This document shows positions 57,020 to 64,000 of a stretch of DNA of 64,000 nt, in pieces (the stretch's first letter is position 1; the number at the start of each line of letters is the position of its first letter). This DNA is from an uncultured delta proteobacterium (GTDB lineage Bacteria > Desulfobacterota > Desulfobulbia > Desulfobulbales > Desulfocapsaceae). The stretch is taken from assembly GCA_963728385.1 (NCBI GenBank), contig CAVSJK010000002.1, positions 1,224,960 to 1,288,959 on the forward strand, given 5' to 3'. Below the pieces are notes generated by a model. That model saw only the letters and a program-made list of their open reading frames with translations. It was not told where the DNA came from and made no database searches. The position numbers were made by a program, and so were the translations under genes.

Positions 57020-58031
57020 CGCTCACACCTTCTATCTCCAAGGATTCTCGCAAATATTTTGCAGCTTCTTCCGGGGGCAGAGGATTTATATAGAATCCGG
57101 TGCCCCACTCAAAACCTGCAATGGAGGTCAATTTAGGTACGATTTCAAAATGCCAGTGGTAATAATCAAGCCCTCCTGAACGGAGCGGTTCCGTATGCAG
57201 GACGAAATTATATGGAACATTGGCGATACAGCTCCCCAATCTTCGCAGTGATTCAGAAAAAAGTTCAGCGAGCGCCAGAATCTCCGCCTCGGATTGTGAA
57301 AAATAGGCGGAGGAATGACGCTTTGGTAAGATCCACATTTCAAAAGGAGTTCGTGGTGCAAATGGAGTAATGGTGATAAATCTCTCATTCTGGCACACGA
57401 CCCGTTCTTTTTGTTGTATTTCCTGCCGGATGATATCGCAAAAGACACAACGTTCTTTATATTTGTAATGTGATTGGGCACCGGCTAATTCAGAGACAAT
57501 CATTCTCGGTAGAATAGGTAAAGCGATCAATTGAGAATGAGAGTGTTCAAGGGAGGCTCCTGCCGCACGACCATGATTTTTAAAGACCATAACATACTTA
57601 AATCTCGGATCTTTTGCGAGATCAATGATTCTTTCCTGATAGGCCTTGAAAACAAGTGCCATTTGCTCAGGTTCAAAGTCGGCGAAGCTTTCATTATGGT
57701 GGGGACTTTCAATGATAACTTCATGAGCCCCGATACCATTCATTCGATCATATAGACCAACCCCTTCCTTGGCAAGATCACCCTCGATGATAAGGGCCGG
57801 GTACTTGTTCGGTACCACCCTCACCTGCCAATCGGGAGCATTACTCACCGATCCTTTATACCTGAAGGCATACACCTCAGGCGGGGTAAAGGATTCGTTA
57901 CCGGGACAGAGAGGACAAAAACCACCACTTACCTGGGCTAACTCAACCAGGAAATCTGTCGGTCGTTTTCGTCTTTCCTTGGAGATAATTATCCATCTTC
58001 CGAGGACAGGATCTCGTCGAAGTTCCGGCAT
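56997..58031 (-). CDS. galT: GalT-family (HIT superfamily) hexose-1-phosphate nucleotidyltransferase
   Basis: RRDPVLGRWIIIS, CPLCPGNE, VVPNKYPAL, HSHSQLIALP (HxHxQ). Confidence 0.8.
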   Translation of the reverse strand: MPELRRDPVLGRWIIISKERRKRPTDFLVELAQVSGGFCPLCPGNESFTPPEVYAFRYKGSVSNAPDWQVRVVPNKYPALIIEGDLAKEGVGLYDRMNGIGAHEVIIESPHHNESFADFEPEQMALVFKAYQERIIDLAKDPRFKYVMVFKNHGRAAGASLEHSHSQLIALPILPRMIVSELAGAQSHYKYKERCVFCDIIRQEIQQKERVVCQNERFITITPFAPRTPFEMWILPKRHSSAYFSQSEAEILALAELFSESLRRLGSCIANVPYNFVLHTEPLRSGGLDYYHWHFEIVPKLTSIAGFEWGTGFYINPLPPEEAAKYLRESLEIEGVSDEKDITG

Positions 58032-58037
58032 GCGCCC

Positions 58038-58400
58038 TTAGAGCCCTTTTGATTTTTCTCTTGTTTCCTGAACAGTCTTACAATCAATACAAAGCATGGT
58101 AACCGGTCGTGCTTCCAAGCGCTTTAATCCTATCTCTTCCCCGCAATCCTCACAGATACCGTAACTTCCGTCGTCGATTCTCGCAATTGCCTCTTCGATT
58201 TTCGATACAAGTTTCCGCTCACGATCACGAATTCTAAGTTCAAAACTTCGACCGGATTCTATGGTCGCTCTGTCATTTGGATCAGGCACATTTGATGTCT
58301 GATCGGTCATTTCAGACAGAGTTTTGCCGGCTTCATTAAGGATTTCCTCTTTTTTTGCCAGAAGCTGTAATCGAAACTGTTCGAGTTTCTCCTTATCCAT
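58038..58400 (-). CDS. dksA: DksA/TraR family C4 zinc-finger regulator
   Basis: Coiled-coil followed by CEDCGEEI...CIDC. Confidence 0.88.
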   Translation of the reverse strand: MDKEKLEQFRLQLLAKKEEILNEAGKTLSEMTDQTSNVPDPNDRATIESGRSFELRIRDRERKLVSKIEEAIARIDDGSYGICEDCGEEIGLKRLEARPVTMLCIDCKTVQETREKSKGL

Positions 58401-58451
58401 TCACGCTCTCCTCAATACACTTGAAAATCAAACTCAAATCTCCGGATATCA

Positions 58452-58943
58452 CTATTTCCGGATATAAGTTCCACTTTTTCCACCGGTTTTCTTCAGTAGA
58501 CGTACATCACGTATAATCATCGATTTATCGACCGCTTTACACATATCATATATGGTTAATGCAGCGACGGAGACAGCAGTCAATGCTTCCATTTCTACTC
58601 CCGTTTTACCGCTAATTCCGACTGTTGCGAAAATATCGACAGAGGAATCCTCATCCCGGAAGGAAAAATCGATTGTAACTTTAGTAATCATAAGGGGATG
58701 AGCAAGGGGAATAAGTTGGTCCACTTTTTTCGCAGCCATGACCCCAGCGACCCGGGCAATTCCCAAAACATCCCCTTTCGCTATTGAACCACTTTTTACA
58801 AGCCTATAGGCCTCGGCGGACATTTTTATATTTCCGGCTGCATCTGCAACGCGAACGGTTTCCGGTTTTTCACTGACGTCAACCATTATTGCGTTGCCCT
58901 GTTTATCAAAATGTGTGAAAGCCGCCTTATCTTCTGTTGCCAT
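58452..58943 (-). CDS. moaC: Cyclic pyranopterin monophosphate synthase
   Basis: [31 protein letters not shown]. Confidence 0.92.
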   Translation of the reverse strand: MATEDKAAFTHFDKQGNAIMVDVSEKPETVRVADAAGNIKMSAEAYRLVKSGSIAKGDVLGIARVAGVMAAKKVDQLIPLAHPLMITKVTIDFSFRDEDSSVDIFATVGISGKTGVEMEALTAVSVAALTIYDMCKAVDKSMIIRDVRLLKKTGGKSGTYIRK

Positions 58944-59023
58944 TGTTCAATTCCACTAGTTTGAGGCTTCGTACCATACAAATATCATGATTTGTTTACT
59001 GTTTTGGTTCCGAATCATCGAGG

Positions 59024-60151
59024 TTAGTTTTTGCCTAATACCTCATTAAACAATCTCTTGAAAAATCCTTCCTCTTCCTTATGCTGTCCATGCTGCCGGC
59101 ACAGAGAATCGAACTCTCCCAATATCTTTTTCTGTTCTTCGCAGAGATTTGTCGGCGTCTGGACCTGGAGTTCAACAACCATATCGCCCTTGCCATGCCC
59201 CCGAAGACTTGGTGCACCTTCTCTACGAAGAGTAAAAAGTTCTCCAGATTGACTTCCGGCAGGGATATCCAGTGATTTTTTACCGTGCACTGTGGGGATT
59301 TCCACGGTGGCTCCAAGAGCAGCCTTCACCATCGAAATGGGGAAACGGCAGTAGATGGTGTCGCCTTCACGTTTAAAGAACTCATGTTCCTTAACATGCA
59401 CAACCACATAGAGGTCTCCTGCCGCACCACCGCGGCGACCGCCTTCGCCTTCACCCCGCAGACGCATCCGGGCTCCTGTATCGACCCCGGCCGGAATTTT
59501 TAATGCAACCTTTTTGGTTTTCTCGACAAGTCCCGTTCCTTGGCAATCATTACATGGGTGGGTGACAATCGAACCTTCCCCATGGCACTGCGGACAGGTA
59601 GAACTCATCTGGAAAAAGCCCTGGGAACGGATTACCTGTCCTTGCCCATTACAGGTCGGGCAGGTTTGTTTTTTATGTCCCGGTCGACTTCCTGTCCCTT
59701 CGCAGGTCCAACAGGTATCTCTTCTGGTTAATTGTACTTCTTTAGAGACCCCATGGATCGCTTCCATGAAGGAAATTTCAACATCATAGCGCAGATCGTT
59801 CCCGGGAATCGGGCCATCCCTTCTTGCTCGGGCCCGGTTACCGCCACCAAATCCGAAGAGATCACCAAAGATATCACCGAAACTTGAAAAAATGTCCTCA
59901 GCATTACCAGGGCCACTGTACCCACTGTTCCTTAGCCCGTCGTGACCGTAAGTGTCGTATATTTTTCTCTTTTTTTCATCACTCAGGACTTCGTAAGCTT
60001 CTGTGCAGGATTTGAATTTTTCCTCAGCCTCTTTATCATCCGGATTACGATCCGGATGATACTTCATCGCCAGTTTTCGATAGGCCTTTTTTATTTCACC
60101 CGCGGTGGAATTTCTGCTGACAGACAGGGTCTCGTAATAATCAATACTCAT
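59024..60151 (-). CDS. dnaJ: Molecular chaperone DnaJ
   Basis: J domain with HPDRNP, a G/F region, and four CxxCxGxG repeats. Confidence 0.95.
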   Translation of the reverse strand: MSIDYYETLSVSRNSTAGEIKKAYRKLAMKYHPDRNPDDKEAEEKFKSCTEAYEVLSDEKKRKIYDTYGHDGLRNSGYSGPGNAEDIFSSFGDIFGDLFGFGGGNRARARRDGPIPGNDLRYDVEISFMEAIHGVSKEVQLTRRDTCWTCEGTGSRPGHKKQTCPTCNGQGQVIRSQGFFQMSSTCPQCHGEGSIVTHPCNDCQGTGLVEKTKKVALKIPAGVDTGARMRLRGEGEGGRRGGAAGDLYVVVHVKEHEFFKREGDTIYCRFPISMVKAALGATVEIPTVHGKKSLDIPAGSQSGELFTLRREGAPSLRGHGKGDMVVELQVQTPTNLCEEQKKILGEFDSLCRQHGQHKEEEGFFKRLFNEVLGKN

Positions 60152-60176
60152 AATCGTTTATTAAAGCTTTTGGTAA

Positions 60177-60446
60177 TCAGGGAAGTACTGTGGAAATATC
60201 ACTGACAGATCCACTTTCGTTTCCGGTTTCTCCTAACTGATCAGGTAACTCCTTAATGTTGTCCATGGTTACCTTCCCTGCCGCTATCTCTCTCAAAGTC
60301 ATCACGATTTCCTGGTTTTTTCCATTAACAAGAAATGGTTCTCCCTGTCTATGTTGTTTAACACGCTTGACAGCAAGATGAATAAGATTGAAACGATTAT
60401 GATCTCCGACCTTGTCCAAACAATCTTCACACGTAATTCTAGCCAT
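60177..60446 (-). CDS. rpoZ: DNA-directed RNA polymerase subunit omega
   Basis: [31 protein letters not shown]. Confidence 0.88.
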   Translation of the reverse strand: MARITCEDCLDKVGDHNRFNLIHLAVKRVKQHRQGEPFLVNGKNQEIVMTLREIAAGKVTMDNIKELPDQLGETGNESGSVSDISTVLP

Positions 60447-60524
60447 ATTTTACCAACCTCTCCAAGTATCTAATGCACGGTTGAAAGAATCTATACTCAG
60501 TCTGCCCCGTACCTGGTCAATTTT

Positions 60525-61998
<1,474 letters not shown>

Positions 61999-62322
61999 TT
62001 ACACTCTCCCAACAGAGGTTTGTATTCAAAAAAACCTGCATCGTGAACACCGGCCGTCCCACGGGCAAACCACGATACATCCGCACAAGACAAACCGTTG
62101 AGTATAGCCAAGTGGGGAGCTATTGTCAATCAATCAAATACTATGAGTATTGTAGGCTGCAAGATAAGACTAATCATAGCAGAATCAAGATGTTATTCGA
62201 AATTTCGTGTGATTTTCTTGAGATATCTCATCTCTTCAGACATTGACACTGTAAGCCAAATATCTTACATTGGCTTTTTGGTAAATGGTAAAAATTGCCT
62301 ATCGACACAACAAATGTCATAT

Positions 62323-62382
62323 GTGATGATCTCGTAAAAACCTTAGATTTTAGATGGCTAAGTAAAAAGCTTCATATATGCT
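62323..62382. repeat. Family-2 repeat, left half only
   Basis: gtgatgatCTCGTAAAAAccttagattttagatggctaagtaaaaagcttcatatatgc matches the left end of 9658-9816. Confidence 0.7.
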
Positions 62383-62531
62383 TTCTGCCCCTTCTTCCCA
62401 CTCAAGGGAGATGCTACACGAAGATGATACTATTTATTTCTATCCTGCCTGCAGTTCATTTGCCTTTAGTCGGCAAATTACAGAAACTACAGAGGTTTCA
62501 GTAAGTTTTGACAATCAATAGAGGTTAAAAT

Positions 62532-63020
62532 ATGTTTGGCATTGGCTTGCCTGAGATGATTCTTATCCTGGCTCTGGCTCTCATAGTAGTCGGTCCGGAC
62601 AAGCTTCCCGACTTGGCCCGATCCCTCGCTAAAGGCATCATGGAACTGAAAAAGACAGCTGAAGGCCTTAAGGATTCTTTTTCAGGAGAGGATAATCCTC
62701 TGAACGAGATCAAGCCGGATCTGGAAGAAGCAGCTAAATCGCTGAAGAAAAATCTTCTAGATATCCAGCCATATGACAGGAATACGCCCAGTGAACCTTT
62801 CGTCGGAGTAAATCCACCGGCCGAAAACGCGGCAAAGGCCTATCAAGAGTTAATGAAAGAGACTGGGAGTACTCCTGGTTCCGATCCTCGGGATACTTCT
62901 AATATGGATAATAAAGATAACGTAGAAGCAACTCATCAGGATGATGATAAGACCACTGAGGCTGCACCGATAAAAAAAGATACTGAAACCGACCATCCGA
63001 AACAACAGGACAGTGAGTAG
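62532..63020 (+). CDS. tatB: Twin-arginine translocase subunit, TatB-like
   Basis: MFGIGLPEMILILALALIVVGPDKLP (TatA/B N-terminus with a GP..LP motif as in TatB). Long acidic tail. Adjacent to tatC. Confidence 0.75.
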   Translation: MFGIGLPEMILILALALIVVGPDKLPDLARSLAKGIMELKKTAEGLKDSFSGEDNPLNEIKPDLEEAAKSLKKNLLDIQPYDRNTPSEPFVGVNPPAENAAKAYQELMKETGSTPGSDPRDTSNMDNKDNVEATHQDDDKTTEAAPIKKDTETDHPKQQDSE

Positions 63021-63034
63021 AAGTATCGATCGCC

Positions 63035-63808
63035 ATGGCAAAATACAATCTCCAAAGTACGATACCGGTAATTGAGAGGAGCCTCGAATTCTTCAGGCCC
63101 CACCACCTGGAGCTTCGAAAACGGCTTATCATTGTTTTTCTCACAATTGCAGCTTGTACCGCGATCGCCTATATCTTCGCCGAAAAAATCGCAACCCTGT
63201 TTATCTCTCCCCTCTTTGCAGCCAGCCCACTAGTATACAAGCTCGTTTATACCAATCTTCCCGAGGCCTTTCTCGCCTACATCAAATTATCGTTACTGAT
63301 TGGTATTATTGCAAGCATGCCGGTAACCCTTTACCAACTCTGGATTTTTATTGCCCCCGGCCTCAGGAAAAACGAGAAGAAATTGGCCATCACTATTGTC
63401 TTCTGGGCCACCTTTTTATTTAGCGGGGGAGCGTGTTTCGCCTTTTTCGTAGTTTTACCGAGAATGCTCAGCTACTTCATGAGTTATGCAAGTCAAGGCT
63501 TGGAGCCACTGCCCAAGCTGAGTATATATCTCACCTTTGTGGCCCGAACAATTCTGGCGTTCGGTATTTCCTTCGAGATACCTTTTCTGATGGTTATGGC
63601 CGGTAAGGCTAATTTGGTGCCGGCCACCTACTTTCGCCGGAAACGCCTCTATTTTTACATAGTGATCGTGGTACTTTCTTTTTTGCTGACCACCGGAGAT
63701 TTCGTGGCGACAATACTGATGTCCTTCCCGCTTTTTCTGCTATATGAGACTGGAATCTTTCTCAGTGCTCTCTTTAACCGCAAAAGCTCCACCGGCGCTT
63801 CCTCATGA
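63035..63808 (+). CDS. tatC: Twin-arginine translocase subunit TatC
   Basis: 6-TM protein. HLELRKRLI, LWIFIAPGL, PFLM motifs. Confidence 0.92.
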   Translation: MAKYNLQSTIPVIERSLEFFRPHHLELRKRLIIVFLTIAACTAIAYIFAEKIATLFISPLFAASPLVYKLVYTNLPEAFLAYIKLSLLIGIIASMPVTLYQLWIFIAPGLRKNEKKLAITIVFWATFLFSGGACFAFFVVLPRMLSYFMSYASQGLEPLPKLSIYLTFVARTILAFGISFEIPFLMVMAGKANLVPATYFRRKRLYFYIVIVVLSFLLTTGDFVATILMSFPLFLLYETGIFLSALFNRKSSTGASS

Positions 63809-63812
63809 TCTT

Positions 63813-63990
63813 GTAGCCGTTCACCGGGAATAGCGAATGTCGGCATAACTCCAGGCCCGTAAACGTTCAGCAGTGCCCCAGAAACGCACAAGCAGACGGA
63901 CGGGCAATGTAGGGGCGGGTTCTAAACCCACCCATAGTTCTATGCACGGCTGTCTGATCGTACGCCTCTGGGGCACTGATGAACGGTTAC
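63813..63990. repeat. Family-1 mosaic repeat, composite (inverted short module plus hairpin module)
   Basis: GTAGCCGTTCACCgggaatagcgaatgtcggcataactccaggcccGTAAACGTTCAGCagtgccccaga...gtaGGGGCGGGTTctaAACCCACCC...tctggggcactGATGAACGGTTAC. Begins 5 nt after the tatC stop. Confidence 0.85.
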
Positions 63991-64000
63991 ATATTTTCAG

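Noticed and set aside
58944-59023. Molybdenum-cofactor riboswitch upstream of moaC
   Set aside because: The spacer is only ~80 nt, and I could see none of the conserved Moco-motif helices.

Overview
64-kb chromosomal window, moderately AT-rich by eye. Gene content looks like a Desulfobacterota / sulfate-reducer-type bacterium: a tetraheme cytochrome c3 sits next to System II cytochrome c maturation genes. The taxonomic call is inference only. I support about 56 protein genes, nearly all housekeeping. In order: tsaC, a purD-purE fusion, a TetR regulator, greA, a giant TPR/beta-barrel outer-membrane protein with a DegT aminotransferase, rpoH, lepA, dinB, sppA, an M16 peptidase, a bioB-A-F-G-C-D operon preceded by ileS-lspA-fabD, ftsEX-envC-ctpA, era, an RNB exoribonuclease, argO/argP, rpmB, ccsBA plus cytochrome c3, glyS, folE2, galT-like, dksA, moaC, dnaJ, rpoZ, purA and tatBC. 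By eye I found no rRNA, tRNA, CRISPR array, transposase, integrase or phage genes; no covariance or profile search was possible. Five things stand out. (1) At least four families of short intergenic repeats. The dominant one is a mosaic, hairpin-forming element bounded by the 13-mer GTAACCGTTCACC / GGTGAACGGTTAC, with about 10 copies that often abut or overlap stop codons. (2) A ~4.3-kb patch (about 29.7-34.1 kb) in which bioB, fabD, lspA and ileS carry at least 14 reading-frame breaks while everything around them is intact. (3) An orphan 478-aa protein whose C-terminus resembles a diadenylate-cyclase (DisA_N/DAC) fold with a degenerate RHR motif. (4) A membrane-anchored XRE-HTH protein with a dockerin/EF-hand-like tail, followed by a small secreted protein that shares its periplasmic module. 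(5) A His/Arg/Tyr-rich glycine-zipper protein. CDS coordinates follow the ORF track, stop codon included, with starts adjusted where stated. Repeat coordinates were read by eye and are approximate (+/- 2 nt).
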